A stretch of DNA of 64,000 nucleotides from an uncultured Acidimicrobiaceae bacterium (GCA_963719485.1 OY970387.1:1899717-1963716); one strand, 5' to 3'. Shown: positions 8,347-18,804, counted from the first letter of the stretch. Notes: generated by a model from the letters alone, not told the origin. Made by a program: numbers and translations.

Positions 8347-11300
8347 GTGCGCATCCCAAGCGACCTCAATGCTGACCCCTCGCCGCGCCGCCGCCACCGG
8401 GCGCGGTGGTGGCTCATCGGCTTCGTCGTCGTCCTCATCATCCTGCTCGTGTCGCTGCGGTCGCTGGCCGGTCTCTACACCGACAGCCTGTGGTTCTCCT
8501 CGGTAGATCTGCACAACGTCTTCTCGACGCTCCTGGCGATCAAGCTCGGCCTCTTCGGCGTCTTCGGGGCAATCTTCTTCGCCGTCCTCTGGGTGAACCT
8601 CGTGGTCGTCGACCGCATCGCCGGTCGCGACATCGTGCTGGCCCAGGAGGACGAGCTGGTGCGCCGCTACCAGCAGTTCGTGCGGCCCTACGCGGGGCGC
8701 ATCTACGTGGGCCTCGCCTTCGTCCTGGCGTTGATCGGCGCGTCGGGGACGGTCGGGCAGTGGAACAACTGGATCCTCTTCCGCCACGGCGGGAGCTTTC
8801 ACGTGACCGACCCTCAATTCCAGAAGGACATCGGCTTCTACGTCTTCGACCTGCCGTTCATGACCTTCATCGTGGACTGGACCCTGGCCATCTTGATCGT
8901 GACCCTGGCGGTCACGGTGGTGTTCCACTACTTCAACGGGGGGATCCAGCCCCAACGTGGCCTGCCCCGGGTGCGGCCGCCCGTGAAGGCGCACATCTCG
9001 GTGCTGCTGGCCTTGATCGCGCTCGACAAGGCGGTCGGCTACATCTTCCAGCGCTGGTCGCTCGTCAACGCGCAGGACGGCTACGTCAACGGGGCGGGCT
9101 ACACCGACGTGCACGCCCGCCTGCCGGCCGAGCTGCTCCTCGCCGTGGTCTCGGTCTTCGCCGCGCTGATCCTGCTGTACAACATCCGGCAGAAGGGATG
9201 GACGCTTCCCGTGCTGGCGGTGGGCATCTGGGCCTTCGTGGCATTGGTCGTCGGCATCATCTACCCCGCGCTGCTGCAGGCCCTCAAGGTGACGCCGGCC
9301 CAGAGCTCGCTCGAGGCGCCGTACATCCACCGCAACATCACGGCCACCCGGGACGCCTACAACCTGAACAACGTGCAGCTGCATTCGTTCAAGGCCAGCA
9401 CGAGCATCAGCGCCAGCCAGACCGTGGTGGCCGCTCCCACCATCGCCAACATCCGGCAGTGGGACCCCGACCCGACGATCTCGCTGCAGACGTTCCAGCG
9501 ACTCCAGGGCATCAAGTCGTACTACTCGTTTCCCTCACTGGGTGTGGACCGCTACACGCTGAACGGGCAACGGACGCCCGTGCTGATCGGGGTGCGGGAC
9601 ATCTCGGCCGCCGGCGTGCCCTCCCCGTCGTGGGTCAACACGCACCTGCAGTACACCCACGGGAACGGGGCCGCCGTCGCACTGTCGGCTCAGACGAACT
9701 CCAACAACCCTGTCTTCGCGGTCCAGGACGTGCCGCCGACTTCTTCGAACGGGCTGCCCGACATCACCCAACCCAACGTCTACTTCGGCCTGGGTGAGAC
9801 CGGCTACGTCGTGGCCAACTCCAAACAGCTCGAGGTCGACTACCAGCCGCAGAACGGGCCGAATGTCGAGAGCCACTACCACGGGAGTGGTGGGGTCCAG
9901 CTGTCGTCGATCTTCACACGCGCCGCCTTCGCGCTGCGACTGGGCGACTTCAATCTCCTCATCTCGAGCCAGATCACGGACAAGTCGCGCATCATGTTCA
10001 TCCGCGACCCCGTCACCATGGCGCAGACGGCGGCGCCGTTCCTCACCTTCGACCACGACCCCTACGCGGTGATCACCAAGGATGGTCACATCGACTGGGT
10101 CGTCGACGGCTACACGACGACGGCCAACTACGCCTACTCGCAGAACGCGGACACCCAGCAGGTGGCGGTCGGCAGCAGCCTGCCCGGGAGCTACAACTAC
10201 GTGCGGAACTCGGTCAAGGTCGTGATCGACGCCTACTCGGGGAAGATGACGTTCTACGACGTCGATCCGAAGGACCCGATCCTGCAGGCGTACTCGGCCG
10301 CCTTCCCGAACATGTTCACCCCGGAAAAAGAGATGCCGGCGCAGCTGCAGGCGCACCTCCGCTATCCACCGGACATCTTCTCCATTCAATCGGCGATCTA
10401 CGGGCGGTACCACCTCGTCAACCCGGGCAACTTCTACGCCGCCAGCAACGCGTGGCAGCTCTCGCCGACCGCCGGCGCCGGGCCGCAGTCGCAGGCGCTC
10501 CTGGCCCAGAACACGTTCAACAACCAGGGCCAGCTCGTCTCGACAACCCCGGCCCGCATGGCACCCCAGTACCAGGTGTATTCGCTCCCCGGCACCGCTC
10601 CGAGCCAGCAGGTCTTCACCGCCTCGGACGGCTACGTCCCCGCGTCGCAGACGAATCTCTCGGGGTCCAACCAGAACTTCAACCTGACCGCGTGGATGGT
10701 GGGGCTGGCGGACCCGGGGCACTACGGCCAGCTCGACCTCTATGAGGTCCCGCAGGGGACGGCGGGCCCGGCCAACGCGGACGCCGAGATCTCGGCCAAC
10801 AAGACGGTGTCGTCGGACATCACGCTGCTCGATCAGCACGGCTCGGAGGTCCTGCTGGGAGAGACGCTCATGGTCCCGATCGCCAACTCCATGGTGTACC
10901 TGCGACCTCTCTATGCATCTCCGACGACGAACCCGCAGCCGCAGCTGCAGTACGTGGTAGGGGTCCTCGGCAAGACGGTGCAGATCGACACGTCGCTGTC
11001 GGCCGTGCTGTCCGATCTGCTGCAGACGACCGTCCTGCCGTCGGGATCGGGCGTGTCGTCGACGGGAACCGTCCCGGCGGCGGTCTCGGGCCTGCTGCAG
11101 CAGGCGCAGACCGACTACACCGGCGCTTTGGCCGCGCTCAAGGCGGGGAACCTCTCGCTGTTCCAGACCGACATCAACCTCATGCAGCAGGCGATCACCC
11201 AGGCCCAGGACGTGCTCGGGACACCGGTGCCGGGCACGTCAACGACCACGACCACGACGGTGCCGCCCGCCAAGGGTGCCAAGTCCAAGAAGCTCACTCA

Positions 11301-11427
11301 GGCGACGACCACGACCACGACGGCGCATGGCTCGACGTCCACGACCACCTCGGTGCCGACGAGCACCGAGCCCAAGGGCTCGACGACCACGTCGACGACG
11401 CTGGCATCGGCGGCAGCCAAGACCTGA
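8347..11427 (+). CDS. UPF0182 family multi-pass membrane protein
   Basis: 1026 aa with a GTG start. The N-terminal 'LYTDSLWFSSV' and the size and topology are typical of UPF0182 (Rv3193c-like). It has a Thr-rich C-terminal tail. Confidence 0.9.
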   Translation: MRIPSDLNADPSPRRRHRARWWLIGFVVVLIILLVSLRSLAGLYTDSLWFSSVDLHNVFSTLLAIKLGLFGVFGAIFFAVLWVNLVVVDRIAGRDIVLAQEDELVRRYQQFVRPYAGRIYVGLAFVLALIGASGTVGQWNNWILFRHGGSFHVTDPQFQKDIGFYVFDLPFMTFIVDWTLAILIVTLAVTVVFHYFNGGIQPQRGLPRVRPPVKAHISVLLALIALDKAVGYIFQRWSLVNAQDGYVNGAGYTDVHARLPAELLLAVVSVFAALILLYNIRQKGWTLPVLAVGIWAFVALVVGIIYPALLQALKVTPAQSSLEAPYIHRNITATRDAYNLNNVQLHSFKASTSISASQTVVAAPTIANIRQWDPDPTISLQTFQRLQGIKSYYSFPSLGVDRYTLNGQRTPVLIGVRDISAAGVPSPSWVNTHLQYTHGNGAAVALSAQTNSNNPVFAVQDVPPTSSNGLPDITQPNVYFGLGETGYVVANSKQLEVDYQPQNGPNVESHYHGSGGVQLSSIFTRAAFALRLGDFNLLISSQITDKSRIMFIRDPVTMAQTAAPFLTFDHDPYAVITKDGHIDWVVDGYTTTANYAYSQNADTQQVAVGSSLPGSYNYVRNSVKVVIDAYSGKMTFYDVDPKDPILQAYSAAFPNMFTPEKEMPAQLQAHLRYPPDIFSIQSAIYGRYHLVNPGNFYAASNAWQLSPTAGAGPQSQALLAQNTFNNQGQLVSTTPARMAPQYQVYSLPGTAPSQQVFTASDGYVPASQTNLSGSNQNFNLTAWMVGLADPGHYGQLDLYEVPQGTAGPANADAEISANKTVSSDITLLDQHGSEVLLGETLMVPIANSMVYLRPLYASPTTNPQPQLQYVVGVLGKTVQIDTSLSAVLSDLLQTTVLPSGSGVSSTGTVPAAVSGLLQQAQTDYTGALAALKAGNLSLFQTDINLMQQAITQAQDVLGTPVPGTSTTTTTTVPPAKGAKSKKLTQATTTTTTAHGSTSTTTSVPTSTEPKGSTTTSTTLASAAAKT

Positions 11428-11510
11428 GGTGGGACGCCGATTCCGGTTGCCAACGGGGCCGGAGGGTCCCATGATGGGTGCGACGAGGCGTGAGGAAAGG
11501 AGTCTCCGGG

Positions 11511-11900
11511 ATGGGACTGCTCGACAAGGTCAAGGCGCAGGCGACGGCGGCCACGGAGATGGCCAAGGACGCGGCCGCCAAGGGCCAGGCCAAATTAGAC
11601 GAGGCTCAGGCGAAGAAGGCGGCCGACGGCATGCTGCGGGACCTCGGCGCCGCCTACTACGCCACCAAGACGGGACGATCAACCCCGACGACCGACGCCG
11701 ACATCGAGCGACTGGTGGCGGCCCTCCAGGCGCACGAGTCCGAGCACGGCCAGATCACGCTCGCTCCCGAATCGGCCGCGGCCGCCCCGACGGCCACCGC
11801 GGCCGGCGACGGATCGGCGGCCCCTGCACCGCCCCCGCCCCCCAAGGCGGCCGACCCGTCCTCCCCGCCGCCTCCTCCGCCGACGGCGCAGACGCTGTAG
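11511..11900 (+). CDS. hypothetical protein with helical N-terminus and Pro-rich C-terminus (129 aa)
   Basis: The ATG at 11511 lies within ORF 11478..11900 and is preceded by AAAGGAG about 8 nt upstream. Confidence 0.55.
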   Translation: MGLLDKVKAQATAATEMAKDAAAKGQAKLDEAQAKKAADGMLRDLGAAYYATKTGRSTPTTDADIERLVAALQAHESEHGQITLAPESAAAAPTATAAGDGSAAPAPPPPPKAADPSSPPPPPPTAQTL

Positions 11901-11983
11901 GGGCCCGGCGCCGGCCTGGCCCCGTCCGTCGGAGGCGACGCCGTGGTGGGTGCCGTGCCATGCATGTAGGATGTCCCCTTCGC

Positions 11984-12057
<74 letters not shown>

Positions 12058-12082
12058 CTGAAAGCGCAGGTCAGGGCCACTC

Positions 12083-12286
12083 CTAGCGGGCGGCCCTTCT
12101 GCTGCTCCAGCTCCACCCCAAGTCGAGCACCCACTTGGCCAGCAGAAGGGCGGAAAGCGTACCGAGCTGCGCCTGTGCCAAGTTGAGAAACCTGTTGGAC
12201 TTGTAGACGAGAACCAACCCAACAGCCAGCAGCCCGATGGTCAGGCCATTCAGAACGCCCAGGACGAGAGTCCCACCACTTATCAT
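12083..12286 (-). pseudogene. truncated N-terminal fragment of a LivH-type branched-chain amino acid ABC permease
   Basis: The 67-aa ORF begins 'GVLNGLTIGLLAVGLVLVYKSNRFLNLAQAQLGTLSA', a typical LivH N-terminus. It stops after about 60 residues, whereas the full family is about 290 aa. Confidence 0.6.
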
Positions 12287-12567
12287 GGCTTGGCGCCAAT
12301 GGGCGGGTAGACGCCGTGGCGCTGGGGCGATGCGTCAGAACAGAACTGAGTGCTGGCCAACAACCTTGAACACGTCAGGCGACGTACCGCAGAGCTCGAC
12401 ACCCGACAATACGCGGCGGCGCGTGTCGCCAACGGACTTCGGGCCACTCCAGCATTGTGGTCAGTCGCGCGTCGACGATCCCTGCATCTCAATGGAATCG
12501 TCAACGACCCGGCCTTCGTTGGTGCCACTCTGCGCTTCCAATCGGACCCCTCCCCCAAGGGGTCCCT

Positions 12568-12585
12568 ACATAGTAGCAACTATGT
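12568..12585. promoter_or_regulatory. palindromic operator-like site 1: ACATAG-TAGCAA-CTATGT
   Basis: Read directly. It is one of 7 related palindromes and lies in degraded intergenic DNA, next to a GC hairpin at 12544-12565. Confidence 0.6.
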
Positions 12586-12819
12586 GAGGCGTATGCGAAC
12601 CCAATTTGGTCCATGGGAACCCGATTGACCACAGATGCTCAGCGAGCTGGTTGAGCAGGCTCTCCGGGTAGAAGCGCCGACGAGGGAGCAGGCTCCCGCC
12701 GTCCTGACGAGCTCCGATGACGACCTTTTGGAAGTGGTGTCGTCGGCCAGGCACACAGACCAATGGGCGGTCGCGCAGCGTCGAAGACGTCGAGCGGAGA
12801 GTCGTTGAGTCGGTTTGCC

Positions 12820-14103
12820 TCAGGCAGTGGCGCGATCCGCCATTGCGGCCATGTCAATCCCGGTTTGGGCGTGCTCGTACCGCCCCTTGTCAAAGGCCCG
12901 TATGGAGACGTCGTGATCGCCAGCCTCCGCGCGCAGAGCGGCAACGGTCGATCGTTCCTTGGCCCGGTGCGCGAAAGGGTCGAATGAGTACCAACGGCAG
13001 GCGTTCTCGTAGGTGATCATGGACAGCTCGCGATCAGGCACGGCGGCCGCTACCAGGGCTAATTCCTCAGGCGCCTTTGGCCAGGAGGAGTCGGAGTGTG
13101 GGTAGTCGCACTCCCAGGCAATGTTCTCGAGCCCTATCTGCTGCCGCAATTGGATGCCCACCGGGTCGGCGATGAAGCAGGTCAGGAAATGCTCACGGAA
13201 GACCTCACTGGGCAGCCGCGTTCCGAAGTCCTGGCCTGTCCAAAGATGGTGCATGTCGTAGGTGCGGTCCAGCCGATCGATGAAATAGGGGATCCAGCCT
13301 GTCCCACCCTCCGAAAGGGCGAAGCGGATGTCGGGGAAATTTTTGATCACCCGGGACCAGAGGAGGTCGGCCGCGGCCTGGCAGATGTTCATCGGCTGCA
13401 GGGTGATCATCACGTCGACCGGTGCGTCCGGTGCCGTCACGGCGAGTTTGCCGGACGAGCCCAGATGGATGGAAACCACCACGCCCTCGTCCACCACCGC
13501 CCGCCAGAGAGGGTCCCAATGGTCGGAGTGGAAGCTGGGGTAGCCGAGCGTGGCCGGGTTTTCAGTGAACGTGATCGAGTGGCATCCTTTCGCTGCCACT
13601 CGACGAACCTCCGTTGCGGCCAATTCGGGATCCCACAGCACGGGCAGCGCCATAGGAATGAAGCGACCAGGGTAGGACCCGCACCAGTCCTCGATATGCC
13701 AGTCGTTGTAGGCCTGAACCACCGCCAGCGCCAAGCCTTTGTCCTCGCAAGCGGCGAAGAGGCGGCCGCTAAACCCGGGAAAGGACGGGAAGTTCATGGA
13801 CCCCAGCACGCCACCTGCGTTCATGTCCTTGATGCGTTCGTGCACGTCGTAGCAACCCGGCCGCATTTCGTCGAACGCTGTCGGTTCGACCCCGTATTCC
13901 TCCTTGGGGCGGCCGGCCACGGCGTTCAGGCCGACGTTGGGTATCACGTTCCCGTTGAAGATCCAGACGTCCGAGCCCTCTGACATGCGTTCGATTCGAG
14001 GCGCAGCATCGACGAAACGGGTTGGCAACCGCCCGTCGAAGATCTCGGGCGGCTCGACCAAGTGGTCGTCGACACTCACCAGGATCAGGTCTTTGGCGTC
14101 CAT
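12820..14103 (-). CDS. amidohydrolase_2 (ACMSD/LigW-type) family protein
   Basis: 427 aa. It has 'VSVDDHLVEPPEIF...' and a C-terminal 'WECDYPHSDS'. GAGGAAGGAA RBS. Confidence 0.85.
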   Translation of the reverse strand: MDAKDLILVSVDDHLVEPPEIFDGRLPTRFVDAAPRIERMSEGSDVWIFNGNVIPNVGLNAVAGRPKEEYGVEPTAFDEMRPGCYDVHERIKDMNAGGVLGSMNFPSFPGFSGRLFAACEDKGLALAVVQAYNDWHIEDWCGSYPGRFIPMALPVLWDPELAATEVRRVAAKGCHSITFTENPATLGYPSFHSDHWDPLWRAVVDEGVVVSIHLGSSGKLAVTAPDAPVDVMITLQPMNICQAAADLLWSRVIKNFPDIRFALSEGGTGWIPYFIDRLDRTYDMHHLWTGQDFGTRLPSEVFREHFLTCFIADPVGIQLRQQIGLENIAWECDYPHSDSSWPKAPEELALVAAAVPDRELSMITYENACRWYSFDPFAHRAKERSTVAALRAEAGDHDVSIRAFDKGRYEHAQTGIDMAAMADRATA

Positions 14104-14200
14104 CGTTCCATTCCTTCCTCGGGCCGGTCGTCCCGATCTGCGCTGTATTTGAAGAGCTTGACTTCCGAGCCGCCTCGGCTCTGTCTTCGGTGGATGTGGC

Positions 14201-15868
14201 TCAACGACGCTCGTAAGTGATGCCTGAGGTTTCGACGTCCCAGGACGATGGCGTGGCGCCCTCGTCTCGGAGTTCGCGCTTGAGCACCCGGCCTACAGGG
14301 CTTCGGGGCAGAGCGTCTCTGAACTCGATATAGCGCGGCAGGGCGAAGTAGGGCAGTTGGTCGACGCACCAGCGGAAGAGTTCCTTCTCCGTGACGGTGG
14401 CCCCTTCCTTGCGGCTAGCGGTGATCTTCAGGTCGTCCTCGGTCAGCGGGCTGGGCACGGCGTGCACGGCCACGTCGGCAAGGTCTCCGTGTCTCATGAG
14501 AATCCGTTCCACTTCGAAGCTGGCGATGTTCTCGCCACGTCGACGCAAGTAGTCGGCCTTGCGGTCGACGAAGTAGAGGTAGCGGTCCTGGTCAATCTTG
14601 CCGATGTCGCCCGTGTGGTACCAGAGATTGCGCGTGGTGCGGACTGTCTCGTCAGGCCGACCCCAGTAGCCCTCGAACATGACCTGGGCCCGCTTTGGCC
14701 GAAGAACGATTTCGCCCTCGGTGCCCGGCGCCACCTCGTGATCCTCGTCGTCGAAGATGCGCACGTCGAAGTACTCGTCGTTGACGACCCCGGCCGCGTT
14801 GGGCCGGTTGTCTGCCCCCGGGGGTTGCCACGACACCAGGCTGGCCTCGGTGACGCCGTAGGCGCCGCTGAAAGTGTCCACCCCGAAACGAGACCGGATG
14901 ACCTGATCCACCTCGACCGGAAGAGGGGCCGCCCCCAGTAGGCGCAGTGAGGTGTTGGCCTGCGACGCTCCCGACTTGGGCATCTCGAGCCGGTCCACGT
15001 CGTGGGCCAGCAGGTAGGCCATGGTGCCGAGCGTCGAGGTGATGGTGGCCCCAACCCGATTCATCTCAGGCCAGAATTGCGACACCGAGAAACGTCGGTG
15101 GATGGCGCCGCGGCCCCCGAAAAGCAAGGTGCCCACGACGACGGTCGTAAGAGCGTTGAAGTGGTAGAGGGGGAGTGGCGTCCATACTACGTCCTGGGCG
15201 GTGCGGCGCCAGCAGATGCCGATCTGGTGGGCAAGCGCCCCGTGGTAGTTGTGGCTCAGCATGCAGCCCTTGGAAAGTCCGGTGGTACCTCCTGTGTAGA
15301 TAAAAGTGCCGAGGTCGGCAGGGGCGATGTCGACAGAGGGGGTCGGCAGGCCCTCGGCCAGCAAGTCGTCCCACCGCTGCACAACGGCTCCACCAACCGT
15401 CGTGGCATCGACGACACAGGCAGCGTTCTCGTCTTCGCCCTCTTCGTCCTCGACCAGGATCACGTGCTCCAGGTTGGGCACGTGATCGGCGATGGCAGCC
15501 ACTCGCGGAAAGAGGCTGGCCGCGACCACGAGGACGCGCGAACCCGAGTCCACCAGCTGGTGGGACAGGTAGTCGGCCTTGTAGGCCGTATTGATCGGAA
15601 CCGAGATCCGTCCCGCGCATACCGTGCCTGCCCAAGCCAGTAGGGCGGCCGGGGAATTCTCGACAAGCGTGGCAACCCGGTCGTGGCGTTCCGTTCCCAG
15701 CGCCAAGAGGGCGCCGCCAAACTGCCCGGCCGTCTCGGTAACCGCCCGCGCCGTCAGTTTGACACCGCCCACGTCGAGGTACTCGCCATCCGGATTGCTC
15801 TCCATCCGGCGGGCGAAGAGCTGTGGAATGGTGGACTGCTCGCCCCCGGCCCAGATGCTGTCACCCAC
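14201..15868 (-). CDS. AMP-dependent acyl-CoA synthetase/ligase
   Basis: It has 'FIYTGGTTGLSKGCMLSH' and 'WYHTGDIG..D.DRY..FVDRKAD'. GTG 15868 is preferred over the ORF start at 15976 because the operator palindrome at 15925-15942 would otherwise be coding. Confidence 0.85.
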   Translation of the reverse strand: MGDSIWAGGEQSTIPQLFARRMESNPDGEYLDVGGVKLTARAVTETAGQFGGALLALGTERHDRVATLVENSPAALLAWAGTVCAGRISVPINTAYKADYLSHQLVDSGSRVLVVAASLFPRVAAIADHVPNLEHVILVEDEEGEDENAACVVDATTVGGAVVQRWDDLLAEGLPTPSVDIAPADLGTFIYTGGTTGLSKGCMLSHNYHGALAHQIGICWRRTAQDVVWTPLPLYHFNALTTVVVGTLLFGGRGAIHRRFSVSQFWPEMNRVGATITSTLGTMAYLLAHDVDRLEMPKSGASQANTSLRLLGAAPLPVEVDQVIRSRFGVDTFSGAYGVTEASLVSWQPPGADNRPNAAGVVNDEYFDVRIFDDEDHEVAPGTEGEIVLRPKRAQVMFEGYWGRPDETVRTTRNLWYHTGDIGKIDQDRYLYFVDRKADYLRRRGENIASFEVERILMRHGDLADVAVHAVPSPLTEDDLKITASRKEGATVTEKELFRWCVDQLPYFALPRYIEFRDALPRSPVGRVLKRELRDEGATPSSWDVETSGITYERR

Positions 15869-15924
15869 TGCGGCGTCTCCCCTCGTCCTCGGTGCCGGCT
15901 TCCAAGGGCCGGATCTGGATTCCA

Positions 15925-15942
15925 ACATAGTAGATGCTATGT
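15925..15942. promoter_or_regulatory. palindromic operator-like site 2: ACATAG-TAGATG-CTATGT
   Basis: Read directly. It sits in the divergent gap between the ligase (minus strand) and the thioesterase (plus strand). Confidence 0.65.
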
Positions 15943-16041
15943 TGAGTATGACGAGAGTGTGAAGGGGTCGAGCCAACTCGTGGGGTCGGGATCACAGCTC
16001 AAGACCGGCTCGGCAGTGGAGGCTGACGCCATGACCAAGCA

Positions 16042-16500
16042 ATGCCAGCAATCGTGAAGGAACCGACCGGACTCACGCACTCACCCGAGGAGCTCCTGTC
16101 CCGGTACCACAAGACGATGGGTGGTCGGCCCGTCGCAGAGTTGGAGTTTGCTGAATACACGGAGGAACGACTCGTTCTACGCGCCGAGCTCGAACGCGGG
16201 CACACCCGTCCCGGTGGGATGGTTGCCGGCCCGATCCTCTTTACCTTGGCCGACACGGCGGCGTACTTCGTGACCATCTCGCGGTCGCCAAAACGCTCCG
16301 AGGCCTACACCAGCTCCATCTCGATGGAGTTCCTCCGGCCTTCACCGGTCGGAACCCTGTTTGTAGAGGCACGATCCCTTCGCTTCGGAAGGCGATCTTC
16401 TGTGGTCGACACGATCATTCGATTAGCAGACGGCCAGGAACCGGTTGCGCATGCCGTCGTGACCTACGCTCCGTCCTTCCCAAAAATCAACAGTGCGTGA
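16042..16500 (+). CDS. PaaI-family hotdog-fold thioesterase
   Basis: 152 aa with a 'PGGMVAGPILFTLADTAAY' motif. Confidence 0.8.
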   Translation: MPAIVKEPTGLTHSPEELLSRYHKTMGGRPVAELEFAEYTEERLVLRAELERGHTRPGGMVAGPILFTLADTAAYFVTISRSPKRSEAYTSSISMEFLRPSPVGTLFVEARSLRFGRRSSVVDTIIRLADGQEPVAHAVVTYAPSFPKINSA

Positions 16501-18082
16501 TCTAATCCTCAATCGGGATGCGCTCGGTGCCACCGAGGCATCCTTGCCGAACCTCGTCGACGCGAAGGCCCGCGAGAATCCGGAGGGGGTTCTCCTGGTT
16601 GACGACTGCAATCGTCAGATGACGTATGGAGAGTTTCAGGCCGAGTCGGAACGTGCGGCCCTACGGCTTGCAAACCTTGGGGTTGGTCCGAACTCGATTG
16701 TGTCGTGGATTCTCCCAACCGCTATGGAGTCCTTGGTCGTGATGGTCGCGCTGTCACGGCTTGGCGCGGTGCAGAATCCCATCATTCCGATGTATCGCGA
16801 GCGCGAGATCGGACACATTCTCGATGAGGCCCGTGTCGATGCGATCATCGTCCTTGAAAACTGGGCGGGCGTCGCCTACAAAGACATGGCAGAGGCCTTG
16901 TCGGGAGATCGCGGCGGAACTCCGGTGGTGTGGACGCTCGAAGAGGTGTTGGGAGAGTCTTTTGCTTCGCAATCGGCGACGTCGCACAGTGGAGCGGCGC
17001 AGAAGCCAGCAGAGTGGTTGTTCTATACGTCGGGGTCATCGGGTGTGCCGAAGGGTTGTCGCCACACCGACCGAACATTGTTCTCCTGTGCCGTAGGGAT
17101 GACGATGCACCTGGGAATGACCGCAGAGGACAGAAGTGGAATCGCGTTTCCCATCGCGCACATCGGGGGAGCAGTCAATCTGATGGCGGCTCTTGTGAGT
17201 GGAGCAACGCTGATCCTCATCGAGAGGTTCTCGAGAGAACAGACCACGGACGTTCTGGCCCGCGAGCAAGTCACCATGGCCGGGTCGGGTACCGCCTTTC
17301 ACCTCGCCTACTTGGAGGCGCAGGCCGCGCAGCCCAACGAGCCGATATTCCCGTCCCTCCGATGCTGTCCGGGCGGGGGTGCTCCCAAGCCGCCGGGCCT
17401 CCACGAGCGCGTCAAGCGCGAGCTCGGGGGCGTCGGCATACTTTCGGGATGGGGGCTGACCGAAGCGCCGGTGCTCACCATGGGGACGCCCGAAGACCCC
17501 GACGAGAAGCTGGCCGATACCGAAGGAAGGCCGCTGCCGGAGGTAGCGATTCGCGTGGTTGGTGCCGATGGCCGCGTGGTTGAAGCGGGAGAGCCTGGAG
17601 AGCTTCGAGTCCAGGCCCCTCAGCAGATGCTCGGGTATGTCGATCGAGCGCTTGACGCAGAGGTCTTCGATGAAGACGGATATGTCCGAACCGGAGATAT
17701 CGGAACGGTCGATTCCGACGGGTATGTGCGCATCACCGGACGGCTGAAAGACGTCGTCATCCGCAACGGAGAGAACGTCGCAACCGCCGAGGTGGAAGAT
17801 CTGCTCAGAGGGCATCCTGAGGTTGTCGATGTCGCCGTCTTGGGTCTGCCTGACCAACGAACCGGCGAGCGGGTCTGTGCCGTCGTCGAACTCAATCCCG
17901 ACACTCCGGCATTGACCGTTGCGTTGGTGGGTACCTATCTCCAGCAAGCGGGACTTCGGCGCATCGCGTGGCCAGAGCAGGTCGAGATGGTCGCATCGCT
18001 CCCACGAAACGTGGCTGGAAAAGTCGACAAAGCGGCTCTTCGGAGTGCCTTTTTGGCGAGCGACGCTGGACCCGTGGACTAA
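16493..18082 (+). CDS. AMP-dependent acyl-CoA synthetase/ligase
   Basis: 529 aa with 'FYTSGSSGVPKGCRHT', 'YVRTGDIG' and 'GRLKDVVIRNGENV'. The GTG start overlaps the upstream stop. Confidence 0.9.
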   Translation: MRDLILNRDALGATEASLPNLVDAKARENPEGVLLVDDCNRQMTYGEFQAESERAALRLANLGVGPNSIVSWILPTAMESLVVMVALSRLGAVQNPIIPMYREREIGHILDEARVDAIIVLENWAGVAYKDMAEALSGDRGGTPVVWTLEEVLGESFASQSATSHSGAAQKPAEWLFYTSGSSGVPKGCRHTDRTLFSCAVGMTMHLGMTAEDRSGIAFPIAHIGGAVNLMAALVSGATLILIERFSREQTTDVLAREQVTMAGSGTAFHLAYLEAQAAQPNEPIFPSLRCCPGGGAPKPPGLHERVKRELGGVGILSGWGLTEAPVLTMGTPEDPDEKLADTEGRPLPEVAIRVVGADGRVVEAGEPGELRVQAPQQMLGYVDRALDAEVFDEDGYVRTGDIGTVDSDGYVRITGRLKDVVIRNGENVATAEVEDLLRGHPEVVDVAVLGLPDQRTGERVCAVVELNPDTPALTVALVGTYLQQAGLRRIAWPEQVEMVASLPRNVAGKVDKAALRSAFLASDAGPVD

Positions 18083-18732
18083 TCCTTCGTGCGATCCTTT
18101 CCGGCGGCAATGCCTTGCAGGACCAACGCGATTCGCAGATCCAGGCTCTCGCGAAGGGTGCGATCACCATCGCCGGCCGCCCATCGCTGCAGCGCGTCGA
18201 CAACCATGCCTGCCATGACCTCTCCAACGTCCGCCGGCACAATGTCGGGTCGGATCCTTCCCTGCTGTTGACCGTCGCCGACAATACGGCTGAGCACGTC
18301 GTCAAAGAGGATCTGATCGCGGCCGAGCTCGCGCGCTGCGACGCTGTTGAGCGCCACCTGACGCATGATCGTGACGGCAAGGCTGCGTGGTGTGTGCTCC
18401 ATGCGGGACACCAGCCCCTCGACAAACGCCTCAATCTCGTCATCGAATGAGCCACGACGCACGGCTTCATCGACGTCGGAGTTGACCCCAACTGCTGTAG
18501 CCAGGGCGAACTCGACCAGCAACCGCTCCTTCGATTCGAAGTGAAGGTAATAGGTCGATCGTCCGATCCTTGCCGCGTTGCAGAGGTCCTCTACGGTGGT
18601 CTCGTTGTACCCCTTTTCCGCCCAGACGTTCGCCGCGGCGCGGATGATCGCTCGACGGGTGTTGAGCGACCGTTCCTGACGGAGCAGGGTGCGACGGTAG
18701 GGATTCGCTACCGTAGGTTGCCCGTCAACCAC
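18079..18732 (-). CDS. TetR/AcrR family transcriptional regulator
   Basis: 217 aa with the N-terminal HTH 'TTVEDLCNAARIGRSTYYLHFESKE'. Confidence 0.9.
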   Translation of the reverse strand: MVDGQPTVANPYRRTLLRQERSLNTRRAIIRAAANVWAEKGYNETTVEDLCNAARIGRSTYYLHFESKERLLVEFALATAVGVNSDVDEAVRRGSFDDEIEAFVEGLVSRMEHTPRSLAVTIMRQVALNSVAARELGRDQILFDDVLSRIVGDGQQQGRIRPDIVPADVGEVMAGMVVDALQRWAAGDGDRTLRESLDLRIALVLQGIAAGKDRTKD

Positions 18733-18804
18733 AGGCTCGTGGCTCAGGTGCGTCGCGTCGTCGTTCGGGGGGAATGGCGGCGGAGTGGTGGCCGCGGACT
18801 GAGG

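Noticed and set aside
8251-9384. Long minus-strand ORF (377 aa) antisense to the UPF0182 gene. Similar long antisense or alternative-frame ORFs occur at 9535..10839, 20574..22211, 24381..25637, 25625..26656, 61872..62978, 4334..5158 and 6593..7720.
   Set aside because: These are typical high-GC artefacts. The translations are Arg/Pro/Gly/Asp-rich with no recognisable domains. Each fully overlaps a gene with strong family signatures on the other strand or frame.
12287-12819. ORFs in the post-tRNA gap (12237..12587 plus, 12350..12628 plus, 12283..12579 minus, 12566..12763 minus).
   Set aside because: They overlap one another, have no RBS or family signal, and one of them 'encodes' the palindrome itself. 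I treat the region as degraded or non-coding.
14168-14182. Short hairpin GAGCCG-cct-CGGCTC between the ligase and amidohydrolase genes, considered as a terminator.
   Set aside because: The stem is only 6 bp with no U-tract, and the two genes are co-directional and probably co-transcribed.
15869-15976. Longer N-terminal extension of the acyl-CoA ligase (ORF-track start at 15976).
   Set aside because: The extension would put the operator palindrome (15925-15942) inside coding sequence, and it adds a non-conserved-looking leader. The GTG at 15868 gives a normal ligase N-terminus.
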